Shown here: positions 7,818-17,760 of the stretch, one piece after another
Layout of the letters: the number at the start of each line of letters is the position of its first letter
Position numbering within the stretch: the first letter of the stretch is position 1
Assembly: GCA_944377365.1 (NCBI GenBank)
Contig: CALWEQ010000003.1
Coordinates: forward strand, 2,429 to 66,428
DNA: 64,000 nt
Origin: an uncultured Clostridia bacterium
GTDB lineage: Bacteria > Bacillota > Clostridia > Christensenellales > UBA1242
Direction of reading: 5' to 3'
Notes under the pieces: generated by a model
The model's input: only the letters and a program-made list of their open reading frames with translations
Database searches by the model: none
What the model was told of the DNA's origin: nothing
Made by a program: the position numbers and the translations under genes

Positions 7818-8954
7818 TTATATTTTTACTGATATGCGAATAAGGTCGTTTTTTAAAACTTGATTTTCCGCATCATCTTTTCTAATTGTCGCGAGCAAAG
7901 TTGTCGAGCTTCCATCTCGCTTCGCTTCAGCTAATGATATGAGTTTTTTAAGTAAAATTCTTGATTGTAGACTATTTTTTTCTGTAGAAGAAAACTTTTG
8001 ATCTATCGCTGACAAAACAAGACCAACATCATAAATAAACAGAATAATGTTTTTTCCTTGATTTGCAAGTCGTGTGATCATGTTTATTATGTCTAAAACC
8101 CTGTTAAATCCATCATCTGCACTGCTAATATACTGAGTTGAAAATTTAATAATTTTTTTTGATGATACAAATGTTTCGTCTTCAAAGCAAAGATCAAGTC
8201 CTAAAAATATCTTTACTGCGTTTTCACTTTCCAAACAAGATAAAATGTTTTTAAGTGAATTGTCTATATAAAGAGGTTCGTCACTGACAAAAATATTACG
8301 TCCCCCCTTGAGAATTTTGAATTTGTCCCAATGCATAAACTCTGATGGTAAAACTTGGTCAATCTTTTGCTCTTCTAGGTAAACATAATCTTTAAAAGCT
8401 TCGCCGTTTACATAAAACATCTCTTTGACAAAATATTGATTGTTGTCGTTTATTTTAAATGCAGTACCTTGAATAAAATCTCCCGTTTCTAAATGCTTTG
8501 TTTTGACTAAATCTTGCGAAACAAAAACATGATGACCATTTTTTAAATCAATAAAGTAAGATGAAAGTTGTCCAAGCCTTAAAACTCCACTTACATCTGC
8601 AACCTCTTCACCTTTATAGGAAAAAACCGGCATCTCTTGATTGAACTCTGACACTGTTTCGAAACTTACTTCTGTTGTTGGCTGGTTTGCTATCATTGAA
8701 ACGATATTGTCTAAATGTGCCAATTTCTTGTAAGGCCTACCCTTTCTGCTCATCTGTGGCTCGGTAGGCTTCCCTTTGACAAGAGTTACTAAAATGTTTT
8801 CAATAAGTTGTTCTCTAACTTTCGTCGTTGGCGATTTTATTCCCAACACTCGTGCAAGTCCACGAAGTTCATAAATTCCAAGCGACCTGACTATTTCGAT
8901 TTTTTTCTGCATATCCGCATTGTTGAATTCTTCTAAATTTAATGTTTCTTTCAT
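7818..8954 (-). CDS. Rho-like protein (Rho N-terminal and RNA-binding OB domains plus a RecA-like domain) lacking the Walker A P-loop
   Basis: ELRGLARVLGI...REQLIENIL resembles Rho_N. VSGVLRLGQ..VFVSQDLVKTKHLETGDFIQG..QYFV resembles the Rho CSD-like domain. GGRNIFVSDEPLYID sits where Rho has GQRGLIVAPPKAGKT. LDIINMITRLANQGKNIILFIYD and GSSTTLLATI match Rho core strands. Strong SD (GGGAGG). Confidence 0.65.
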   Translation of the reverse strand: MKETLNLEEFNNADMQKKIEIVRSLGIYELRGLARVLGIKSPTTKVREQLIENILVTLVKGKPTEPQMSRKGRPYKKLAHLDNIVSMIANQPTTEVSFETVSEFNQEMPVFSYKGEEVADVSGVLRLGQLSSYFIDLKNGHHVFVSQDLVKTKHLETGDFIQGTAFKINDNNQYFVKEMFYVNGEAFKDYVYLEEQKIDQVLPSEFMHWDKFKILKGGRNIFVSDEPLYIDNSLKNILSCLESENAVKIFLGLDLCFEDETFVSSKKIIKFSTQYISSADDGFNRVLDIINMITRLANQGKNIILFIYDVGLVLSAIDQKFSSTEKNSLQSRILLKKLISLAEAKRDGSSTTLLATIRKDDAENQVLKNDLIRISVKI

Positions 8955-9005
8955 GATCGCCTCCCTTGTAATTTATTTCGATTAATAAAAAAGTTCTTTC
9001 GTTTT

Positions 9006-9034
9006 AATATAGCATAATATTTTACAAAAGTCAA
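9006..9034 (-). promoter_or_regulatory. Sigma-A promoter for the Rho-like/lgt/divIVA gene string
   Basis: TTGACT (9034..9029), 17-nt spacer, TGcTATATT (hexamer at 9011..9006). Confidence 0.5.
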
Positions 9035-9132
9035 AAAAATTTTACATTTTTATTTAAGATAATGAAAAAATTAAGAGTTTTTTAAGCACTCAAACTCAAA
9101 TCCAACTTAAAAAAATCTTCTAGCTCAGTATA

Positions 9133-10038
9133 TTAATAGAAAAAACTTACTAAGATGCCACTTATTACACCAATAACATACATTAAAGTAACAATACCTA
9201 TGTTTTGTAATAAATTTTTCTTGCCACGATTTTTTATAAACAACACAACCATTCCAACACCCGCTCCAGCACATAAACCAGCAAACATAGCACTGAAAGC
9301 AATGCCCCCATTAACAAACAACTCAACCAAAAACACTGACGCAGCACAGTTTGGTATTAAGCCAATTAATCCAGCAAGCAAAATTTGAATATAGACACTT
9401 CCTCCAAACCACGATGTCAAAGCATCCATACCAACATATTCCACAACCAAACCAATCAAAAACGTGGCGATAAAAATGTAAATCATAATGTTTAATGTGT
9501 GATACAGCGCATCAATAAAAATGTTTTCTTTATGGCAATGCCCTTTTGAATCGCTATGCCCATGGCAACCACAGTGGTCGTGTTGATGCTCAAGTTCTTC
9601 CACCAAAATTGGTTCAGCAGGAGAATTTTTCTTTTTAAATAATGAAATAAACAAATCAACAGCATAACCAAAGATGAGTGCAAATGCTATTTTAAGCGCA
9701 ATCATAACAAGCATATCAACAATAAATTCAGGTTGGCTTATCATTATTGGAAGCGCCTCATCACTTGTTGCGACAAAAACTGCTATGAGCGTGCCTAAAG
9801 TAATCGATCTTCGTGAATAAAGGTCAGACATAACAGAAGAAAACCCACATTGTGGTATGCAACCTAAAAAAGCGCCCACCGCTGGGCCAGCTTTTTTTGA
9901 ATTATTTAAAAATTTAGTAAATTTTTTGCTTTGTGAATGTGAAAAATATGCGACTAAAAGATACGCCAAATATAAAATAGGCAGTGCTTTTAATGTGTCA
10001 AGAGACGCATCTGATAGCGCATGCAAAAATGCGTCCAT
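9133..10038 (-). CDS. Roughly 10-TM putative metal-ion transporter (ArsP_2 / putative manganese-transporter-like) with a His/Cys-rich central loop
   Basis: Paired motifs IPQCGFS and IPNCAAS in the two halves. Loop sequence HQHDHCGCHGHSDSKGHCHKE. SD GAGG lies 10 nt after the upstream gene's stop. Confidence 0.5.
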   Translation of the reverse strand: MDAFLHALSDASLDTLKALPILYLAYLLVAYFSHSQSKKFTKFLNNSKKAGPAVGAFLGCIPQCGFSSVMSDLYSRRSITLGTLIAVFVATSDEALPIMISQPEFIVDMLVMIALKIAFALIFGYAVDLFISLFKKKNSPAEPILVEELEHQHDHCGCHGHSDSKGHCHKENIFIDALYHTLNIMIYIFIATFLIGLVVEYVGMDALTSWFGGSVYIQILLAGLIGLIPNCAASVFLVELFVNGGIAFSAMFAGLCAGAGVGMVVLFIKNRGKKNLLQNIGIVTLMYVIGVISGILVSFFY

Positions 10039-10048
10039 ATGTTAAACC

Positions 10049-10954
10049 TCACTCTGATTTTGTTTCGTTTTCACATGTAGTCAAAACAACCGCCTTTTTT
10101 TCTCTCTTTTTTCTTGGCTTTTTTTCAACTTTTATCACATCTGGAAGTTCAAGTTCCATTTGTGATGGCTCAACCTGTTGTTCATCAACGTTTTTCAAAA
10201 GTTCTTCTTTGTTTTTCTTAAACTCTTCTCTCATCTTTTCACTTTGGTCAGGACTGTAAAGAATAAGTGCGTTTGGTGTCATATATTTTATGTTTCCTTC
10301 CATGTTTGCACTAATCATACTTGACCCAATCATTTCAGCAATTTCACCCTTATTTAAAGTAGAAATTTCAGAATTGTCAGCGATAAGAGCAATCTGTCCG
10401 TTGTTTATTGTTCCTACTTTAGCATCATTTAAAGCATAAGTGATTTTTCCATTCATCATGCTTGTAAGCTCTGAGTTGTCTTCAATTCCTGTTATTTCAC
10501 CATCAATCAACGTAACTATTCTTGCCTTATCTCGCACAAACATGATTTTCCCTTTTGTCATAGTTGCAAGTTCAGATTTGTCATCTAGGAAACGAATAAA
10601 CCCATCATTCATCGTTCCGATTTTTGCTTTTCCAGCGACATAATCAATAACACAATCATTTACGGTTGTAATTTTTGCTTTGCCTGACACTCTGCCAATA
10701 AAACCGCTTTTTAATAAGCCAATCCTTGCCTTGCCATACATTGATTCAATGCTACTTGCATCAAACATTTGGATAAAGGCTTTGCCACTTACATCTTTAA
10801 AATGTGTGCCAATAGCTTCTAATATAACTGCGTTTCCTGACACGCACACATTTTTACAATTTGACAAAATGTGCACGCCCATTGAAATATTTATGTTTTC
10901 TTCTTCGTCGTGAATAGTTGGATCTACTACTTTATCATTTTTAAACAATTTCAT
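10049..10954 (-). CDS. Beta-solenoid-like repeat protein (about ten 17-residue repeats) with a Lys/Glu-rich C-terminal tail
   Basis: Repeats include GKAKITTVNDCVIDYVA, GKAKIGTMNDGFIRFLDD, KSELATMTKGKIMFVRD, KARIVTLIDGEITGIED, NSELTSMMNGKITYALN, DAKVGTINNGQIALIAD and NSEISTLNKGEIAEMIG. SD is AAGGAG. Confidence 0.6.
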   Translation of the reverse strand: MKLFKNDKVVDPTIHDEEENINISMGVHILSNCKNVCVSGNAVILEAIGTHFKDVSGKAFIQMFDASSIESMYGKARIGLLKSGFIGRVSGKAKITTVNDCVIDYVAGKAKIGTMNDGFIRFLDDKSELATMTKGKIMFVRDKARIVTLIDGEITGIEDNSELTSMMNGKITYALNDAKVGTINNGQIALIADNSEISTLNKGEIAEMIGSSMISANMEGNIKYMTPNALILYSPDQSEKMREEFKKNKEELLKNVDEQQVEPSQMELELPDVIKVEKKPRKKREKKAVVLTTCENETKSE

Positions 10955-11042
10955 TTTAAACTCCTTGGTTTATTGTAGCATAATTATTTTGAAAAACAAA
11001 AAGATTTTTAACCTTTTTATATGACTTATTTCACTATTTTAT

Positions 11043-11071
11043 TTGACTTATTCAAATTTTAGGCATATAAT
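11043..11071 (+). promoter_or_regulatory. Consensus sigma-A promoter abutting the ABC exporter start codon
   Basis: TTGACT (11043..11048), 17-nt spacer, TATAAT (11066..11071), then 6 nt to the ATG at 11078. No SD. Confidence 0.55.
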
Positions 11072-11077
11072 AACCTC

Positions 11078-12817
11078 ATGTCAAAAATTTTTAAATTAAT
11101 GTCATTGAAAGATTGGCTTTTGATTTTTGTAAATTTTATTTTTCTTGGCGCACATGTTTATTTTAACCTTACCCTTCCTGAATACCTTGGTGCAATAGTC
11201 GGCTTTCTTGAAAACGGTGCAAGAGTTGGAAATTTAAGTGTTTATTGGAACGACATTTTAATCAACGGAGGCTTTATGCTTCTTATGGTGCTTGGAATGT
11301 ATTTTTCACGCGCTGTTGCAAACTATTTGTCTTCTCACGTAGTCACAGGCGTTTTAGCAAAAACACGAAGAGAGCTGTTTAATCATGTCAACAATTTTTC
11401 TATGAAAGAAATAAACAACTTTTCAATAGCATCACTAATTACCCGATCTACAAACGATGTAACCCAGCTTCAAGAAGTTTTGATTATGACTCTCAACATA
11501 GGTTTAACTGCTCCTGTAACCGCTGTAATAGCTGTTTTGAAAATAATTAATTTGTCATCTGGTTTGTCAATAGTTACTGCAGTTTCTGTTGCTATACTTC
11601 TTGTTATGATAACTCTGGTTTTCTCATTTGTTGTCCCAAAATTTAACAAATTCCAAACCTTGACTGATAGAATTAACCTTGTGACAAGAGAAAATTTGAC
11701 TGGTTTAAAAGTTGTGAGAGCAAATTCAGCAGAAAAATTGCAAGAACAAAAATTTGACAAAGAAAACAAAGCTTTAAGCAAAATTCAAATTTTTGTCAAC
11801 CGCATAACTAGCTTAATTCAACCCGGCATGACACTGATTATGTCTGGAACAAGTCTTGCACTAGTATGGCTTGGAGCATATCTTATTGCAGACGGGTCCA
11901 TAAACTACCCTACTTTAAGCATGTTTACACAATATTCTCTTCAAATCATCACATCGTTTATGATGGCATCAATGCTTTTTGTGATGATACCAAGAGCTCT
12001 GGTTTCTGGCAAAAGAATTAAAGAGGTTTTAAAAACTAAAACAAGCATAATTGATGGTGATGGAGTTGATCCAAAGGAAAGAGGCACAATTGAATTTAAA
12101 GATGTTTCATTTAAATATCCAGGTGCAGATGATTACGTATTAAAAAACATATCATTTAAAGCAAATCAGGGGCAAACTGTCGCCTTCATAGGATCTACAG
12201 GTTCTGGAAAATCTACACTTATCAACCTCATCCCTAGATTTTATGATTGTACAATGGGAGAAGTCCTTGTCGATGGAGAAAATGTTAGAGATTACAAATT
12301 AAAAGATTTGCATGACAGAATAGGCTATGTCCCACAACAAGGTATACTGTTTTCAGGAACAGTAAAAGAAAATATACTTTATGGAAATCAAAATGCTACT
12401 GACGAAGAAATTGATAAGGCCTTAAAAATTGCACAGGCAACATTTGTTTACAATAAAGAAGGCGGAATTGAATCTCATATTTCACAAGGTGGCAAAAACG
12501 TTTCTGGTGGACAAAAACAAAGGCTGTCTATTGCAAGAGCCCTTGTTAGAAATCCAGAAATACTGATTTTTGACGACTCTTTTTCTGCTCTTGATTACAA
12601 AACCGACAAGACTTTAAGAAAAGCTTTAGAAAAACAAACAAAAAATGTTACAAAATTGATAGTGGCTCAAAGAATTGGCACAATAAGGAACGCTGACTTA
12701 ATTATTGTTTTAAATGAAGGGCAAATGGTAGGAAAAGGAACACATGATTTACTCATAAAGTCATGTGAAGTTTACAAAGAAATCGCTTTGTCACAACTAA
12801 AACAGGAGGAATTATAA
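11078..12817 (+). CDS. ABC exporter, fused permease/ATPase (heterodimer subunit 1)
   Basis: Six-TM N-terminal half, then Walker A GSTGSGKST, signature VSGGQKQR and Walker B ILIFDD. Confidence 0.9.
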   Translation: MSKIFKLMSLKDWLLIFVNFIFLGAHVYFNLTLPEYLGAIVGFLENGARVGNLSVYWNDILINGGFMLLMVLGMYFSRAVANYLSSHVVTGVLAKTRRELFNHVNNFSMKEINNFSIASLITRSTNDVTQLQEVLIMTLNIGLTAPVTAVIAVLKIINLSSGLSIVTAVSVAILLVMITLVFSFVVPKFNKFQTLTDRINLVTRENLTGLKVVRANSAEKLQEQKFDKENKALSKIQIFVNRITSLIQPGMTLIMSGTSLALVWLGAYLIADGSINYPTLSMFTQYSLQIITSFMMASMLFVMIPRALVSGKRIKEVLKTKTSIIDGDGVDPKERGTIEFKDVSFKYPGADDYVLKNISFKANQGQTVAFIGSTGSGKSTLINLIPRFYDCTMGEVLVDGENVRDYKLKDLHDRIGYVPQQGILFSGTVKENILYGNQNATDEEIDKALKIAQATFVYNKEGGIESHISQGGKNVSGGQKQRLSIARALVRNPEILIFDDSFSALDYKTDKTLRKALEKQTKNVTKLIVAQRIGTIRNADLIIVLNEGQMVGKGTHDLLIKSCEVYKEIALSQLKQEEL

Positions 12818-14610
12818 TGCCACCTTTTGCAATGTCTGTTGGAAGATCAAAAGATTTTAAAAAATCAATAAAATATTTATTCAAGGCTTTTGGCCTCTAC
12901 AAGTGGTCGGTGGTCATAGCTTTGTCACTTGCGATGATTGGGACCGCTTTGTCAGTAGTTGGGCCACTTTTGTTGAATGATATGATGAAGTTGTTGTTGC
13001 AAGAAAGTGTTGATTTTACAAAACTGACTTACTATGCTATCACACTCATAATAATTTATATAATCGCTTTCATTTTTACTTATTTAGAAAATTTCATTAT
13101 GGCAAAAGTGTCAGCTAAAATTGCAGAAAATTTTAGAAGACAAATAATAGAAAAAATAAATCATCTCCCCTTTTCTTATTACGATAAAAATATGTATGGC
13201 GATATTCTCTCAAGAATGACAAATGATGTCGACTTGATCGGCCAAACATTAAACAACACTCTTTCAAATCTTATTACGTCAATGACTATGATAATTGGTA
13301 TTCCAATTATGATGTTTACTATAAGTTGGGAACTAACTCTTTTTTCTTTGCTTGAAATTCCTTTAACTATTGGGCTAATTTTGTTGATTGTCAAATTTTC
13401 ACAAAAATATTTTGTTAAACAACAAAAATTTTTAGGTGACATGAACAGTCATATTGAGGAAATTTACTCAGCTCATAATGTTGTAAAAGCTTTTAATGGT
13501 GAAGCAAAGGCATTAAATGAATTTGATGTAGTAAACAAAAGTTTGAGAATTTCAGCAAAAAGATCGAGATATTTGTCTTCCCTTATGATGCCATCAATAG
13601 ATGTCATCGGAAATTTGATTTATGCAGGTATATGCGTTTTTGGTGCCTATCTTGCAATATCATCAAACAACTTGCTTTTTGTTACTTCAATAATTACATT
13701 CATTACATATATAAAACTGTTTCATCAACCGATGGCACAACTAGGTAGCATTTTTAGTTCGTTGCAATCATCAGCAGCAGCCAGTGAAAGAGTTATGGAA
13801 TTTTTGTTAGAAAAAGAAGAACCAGCTGATAGCAACAGCAAAAAGATTGATGTTGTAAAAGGACTTGTAAAGTTTGACCACGTTTCATTTGGATACAATC
13901 CAGACAAAATAATAATTAAAGATTTTTCTTTCACTGCAAAGCCCGGGCAAAACATAGCAATAGTAGGCCCAACAGGAGCAGGCAAAACTACGCTTGTCAA
14001 TTTGCTTATGAGGTTTTACGAAATAAACAGTGGCGACATAAAAATAGACGGTGTAAGCATTAAGGATATGACAAGATCATATGTTAGGTCGTTGTTTGGT
14101 ATGGTTTTGCAAGACACATGGCTTTTTGAGGGCACTATACGCCAAAATTTGAAATATGGCAATCCGAAAGCAACAGATGAACAGATGATAGAGGATTGTA
14201 AAATGGCAAATGTTCACCATTTTATTACTACACTACCCGGCAATTATGATATGATTTTGAAAGAAGATTCGATGATTAGTCAGGGACAAAAACAGTTACT
14301 GACTATCGCTAGAGCAATGATACAAAACAGCCCGATGTTAATACTTGATGAAGCAACAAGTTCGGTTGACACACGCACGGAAGTGCTTATTCAAAAAGCG
14401 ATGGAAAAATTAACAGAAGGCAGAACAAGTTTCGTCATCGCGCATAGATTGTCAACAATAAGGAATGCTGATCAAATCATCGTCATGAACAACGGAGACA
14501 TAGTAGAAGTAGGAAATCATGATGAATTAATGAAAAAACAAGGATTTTACTATAATTTGTATTCCAGCCAGTTTGATAATGAAGATACTCAAAAGAAGCA
14601 AAAAAAATAA
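12817..14610 (+). CDS. ABC exporter, fused permease/ATPase (heterodimer subunit 2)
   Basis: TAATG overlap with the upstream subunit. GPTGAGKTT, ISQGQKQL, LILDEATS. Confidence 0.9.
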   Translation: MPPFAMSVGRSKDFKKSIKYLFKAFGLYKWSVVIALSLAMIGTALSVVGPLLLNDMMKLLLQESVDFTKLTYYAITLIIIYIIAFIFTYLENFIMAKVSAKIAENFRRQIIEKINHLPFSYYDKNMYGDILSRMTNDVDLIGQTLNNTLSNLITSMTMIIGIPIMMFTISWELTLFSLLEIPLTIGLILLIVKFSQKYFVKQQKFLGDMNSHIEEIYSAHNVVKAFNGEAKALNEFDVVNKSLRISAKRSRYLSSLMMPSIDVIGNLIYAGICVFGAYLAISSNNLLFVTSIITFITYIKLFHQPMAQLGSIFSSLQSSAAASERVMEFLLEKEEPADSNSKKIDVVKGLVKFDHVSFGYNPDKIIIKDFSFTAKPGQNIAIVGPTGAGKTTLVNLLMRFYEINSGDIKIDGVSIKDMTRSYVRSLFGMVLQDTWLFEGTIRQNLKYGNPKATDEQMIEDCKMANVHHFITTLPGNYDMILKEDSMISQGQKQLLTIARAMIQNSPMLILDEATSSVDTRTEVLIQKAMEKLTEGRTSFVIAHRLSTIRNADQIIVMNNGDIVEVGNHDELMKKQGFYYNLYSSQFDNEDTQKKQKK

Positions 14611-14631
14611 AAAAATTGAAAGGAAAATAAA

Positions 14632-16614
14632 ATGACAAAAATTGAAATTAAAAATCTTTTCAAAAAGTATCCTCTTGATAATAAAGAAGAATTTACTGCA
14701 CTTTCTAATATCAACTTAAGTTTTCATCAAGGAGAACTTGTGGCAATAGTTGGCGAAAGCGGAAGTGGAAAATCAACATTAATGAATTTGATTGGTGGAT
14801 TAGACTCAAAATTCGAAGGCGATCTAATAGTTGATGGACTAAATTTGCGCGACCTCCCCGACAAACAACTTGATAAATATAGAAAAAATAAAGTAGGTTT
14901 TGTTTTTCAATCTTTTAACTTAATTTCACACTTATCTGTTTTAGACAATGTTTGTTCTGCTTTAACCCTGTCAAATGTGCCCGAAAAAATCAAAACGAAA
15001 AAAGCGCTTGAACTACTTACTAAACTTGGCATAGAAAAATACGCTAAAAGAAAACCAACACAGCTTTCAGGTGGACAAAAACAAAGAGTCGCAATCGCTA
15101 GAGCGCTCATAAACGACCCTGACATAATTTTGGCAGATGAGCCAACTGGATCTTTGGACAGCAAGACAACACAGCAAATTCTAGAGATCTTAAAACAAAT
15201 TGCCGACGATGGAAAACTTGTGATTATGGTGACTCATTCAGAAAAAGTTTCATCTGTTTGTTCACGAGTAATTGAAATTTTTGATGGACAAATCGTTTCC
15301 GACACAAAAAATAAAAACTATAAAAAAAACAGGAAGAAAAAAAATAATAACGAACACTTTAAGGCTGAAAAACAACACCTGTCATTGAAGTCTGCATTAA
15401 AACTCGCTTTTCATAATATGTGGACAAATAAAATTAAAAATATTTTAATGGCTTTTGGAGTTGCGATAAGCATTTCTTCAATGATTTTGATGTTGTCGTT
15501 TGGCTCTGGACTGACTGATTATGTTACAAACGTGGCATCTGATTATACAAACCCATTAGTAGTGCCTGTCTCAAAAAAATCTGACAACATGATTTCGAGT
15601 TTGTCTTCTTATTGGACAGAAGAAGAAATAAGTTCACTAACCGAAGAATTAAACTCTTTTCTGTCTAAAAATAATGAAGAATTTACCGTTTCAGATGAAA
15701 ATTTAAAACGTGGTTTTACTATGATAAATCTTACGGGAAATTTGGCTTCTATTGATTATTCGGTTGATAATGAGATTAAAACCCAAAGTTTGTTTTGCCT
15801 TTATACAACCCCTCCAACTTACAACGAAACTAATTTAATTGAAGGAAATTTTTCTGGCGAAAATGAAGTAATGTTTAATTCTTACATCTACAATTTACTT
15901 GGCGACGAGGTTGTTGGTAAACAAGTCGATATTTATGTTAACATTGCTGGAATTGAAGTCAAGAAAACAGTTGACATTTCAGGTGTAGTAAACACTTCAA
16001 CTTTTGATGGAATTTTGTGTGTGTATGTTGATTATGACTTTCTTGAAAAATGCGTCATAGAACAAAACAAAAGTCTTACACCTACAGACATTTATATAAT
16101 TACTGGAAACGAAAATCAAACAAATTTGTTAAAAAATTATATAAAAACTAGCGACAAATATTCTGGGTCAATGGAAGAAAGACTTGCAGATATGTTTAGC
16201 GAAATGTCTAATACAATATCTATTGCTCTCGCTGTGATTGCTGGAATTTCTCTTATAGTAAGCGCAATTATGATCTTAACAGTGTTATATATGTCCGTCA
16301 GCGAAAGAACAAAAGAAATAGGCGTTTTGAAAGCAATTGGCGCTAGAAGACGTGACATAAAAAATATATTCGTTTCTGAAAGTTTTTTAATTGGACTATT
16401 AAGTGCAGTAGTAGGAATATGTTTATCTTTAATATCTTTTGGAATTTTTTCAATATTGTTTAATGCCCTATTAGGATTTGCTCCGTTGTCGCTAAGATGG
16501 TACTACTTTGTGATTGCAATTTTGTTAAGTGTGCTAATTAGTATGCTTAGCGGTCTGTACCCTTCATCAAAAGCATCTAAAATGGATCCTGTCGAATCTT
16601 TGCGTAGAGAATAA
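14632..16614 (+). CDS. MacB-like ABC transporter, ATPase fused to an FtsX-type permease
   Basis: N-terminal GESGSGKST, LSGGQKQR, ILADEPTG. C-terminal FtsX-like SERTKEIGVLKAIGARRRDI with TM segments and a large extracytoplasmic loop. Confidence 0.85.
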   Translation: MTKIEIKNLFKKYPLDNKEEFTALSNINLSFHQGELVAIVGESGSGKSTLMNLIGGLDSKFEGDLIVDGLNLRDLPDKQLDKYRKNKVGFVFQSFNLISHLSVLDNVCSALTLSNVPEKIKTKKALELLTKLGIEKYAKRKPTQLSGGQKQRVAIARALINDPDIILADEPTGSLDSKTTQQILEILKQIADDGKLVIMVTHSEKVSSVCSRVIEIFDGQIVSDTKNKNYKKNRKKKNNNEHFKAEKQHLSLKSALKLAFHNMWTNKIKNILMAFGVAISISSMILMLSFGSGLTDYVTNVASDYTNPLVVPVSKKSDNMISSLSSYWTEEEISSLTEELNSFLSKNNEEFTVSDENLKRGFTMINLTGNLASIDYSVDNEIKTQSLFCLYTTPPTYNETNLIEGNFSGENEVMFNSYIYNLLGDEVVGKQVDIYVNIAGIEVKKTVDISGVVNTSTFDGILCVYVDYDFLEKCVIEQNKSLTPTDIYIITGNENQTNLLKNYIKTSDKYSGSMEERLADMFSEMSNTISIALAVIAGISLIVSAIMILTVLYMSVSERTKEIGVLKAIGARRRDIKNIFVSESFLIGLLSAVVGICLSLISFGIFSILFNALLGFAPLSLRWYYFVIAILLSVLISMLSGLYPSSKASKMDPVESLRRE

Positions 16615-16683
16615 AAAATTTTCTATTTTCTATTGCCAATGGCGCATAAATATGCTACAATAAGTACATTAAAAGGAATTATC

Positions 16684-17448
16684 ATGAAAGCAATAGTTTT
16701 ATGTGCAGGTTATGCAACTCGCCTGGGGAAACTGACTGAAAACACCCCAAAACCATTATTAAAAGTTCAAAACAAAACATTATTAGATTTGTTAATGGAA
16801 AACTTAGAAAAAATAGACGACATAAACGAAATCGTCATTGTTTCAAACGCAAAATTTTATAATAATTTTTTAGATTGGTCTAAAAAGGCGAAATCATCAA
16901 AGAAGATCACCGTTTTAAATGATGGCTCAACAAACAATGAAAACCGTTTGGGTGCTATTGGCGACATAAAATTTGCCATTACAAAAAGAAATATTGACGA
17001 CGATATAATGGTGCTTGCAGGTGACAACTGGTTTGATTTTAAATTAAAAACCTTTTATGACAAATACAAATCAAATGGTAACAGCAATATGATACTAGGC
17101 GCAAAAACAAATGATATGTCAATTTTACGATCGCATGGAGTTGCCATTTTAGACGACGATCATCGTGTCGTAAGCATGGAAGAAAAGCCTCAAAATCCAA
17201 AGGGTAATTTTGCCGTAGGACCTTTTTACATCTACAACAAGAATTCTGTCAAACTCATTGACGAATACTTAAAGAGTGGAAATAGCAAAGATGCTCCAGG
17301 AAATTTGCCATCATGGTTATGTGAGCAAACAGACGTTTTTGCCTGGGACATTTCCCCTGCTCATAGAATAGACATTGGAACTGTAGAAGTTTATGAGAAC
17401 ATAGACAACATAATCAGATCATTAAAATTTTTTGACAGAACCAGATAA
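16684..17448 (+). CDS. Sugar-phosphate nucleotidyltransferase family protein
   Basis: MKAIVLCAGYATRLG..PKPLL signature. The ATG at 16684 follows AAAGGAA; the track ORF begins earlier at a TTG. Confidence 0.7.
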   Translation: MKAIVLCAGYATRLGKLTENTPKPLLKVQNKTLLDLLMENLEKIDDINEIVIVSNAKFYNNFLDWSKKAKSSKKITVLNDGSTNNENRLGAIGDIKFAITKRNIDDDIMVLAGDNWFDFKLKTFYDKYKSNGNSNMILGAKTNDMSILRSHGVAILDDDHRVVSMEEKPQNPKGNFAVGPFYIYNKNSVKLIDEYLKSGNSKDAPGNLPSWLCEQTDVFAWDISPAHRIDIGTVEVYENIDNIIRSLKFFDRTR

Positions 17449-17465
17449 AACTTAATAAGAAAAAA

Positions 17466-17492
17466 ACTTTACCTTTGCGTAAAGTTTTTTTT
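17466..17492 (+). terminator. Intrinsic terminator
   Basis: ACTTTAC-CTTTGC-GTAAAGT followed by T8. Confidence 0.65.
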
Positions 17493-17760
17493 AAAAGAAT
17501 AAAACTAAGAAATGCAAATTTAAAATTTATATTTTTGATTTCATACTAAATATTATCTTGTGTTTAGGTAGTGCCTAGCAACATCATCTTTTTTTAATCA
17601 TAATCAATTTTCTGGATCTTGCAAAAATTTAGATAAAAAATTATTTTTAAATTTTTTTAGCAAATTTTCTTCAATTTTTAAACACAGTCTCAATCTAAAC
17701 AATAATTAAACGCTCTTAATATTTAAAACGATTATGATTTAAATAAGTACGATTAATTGC

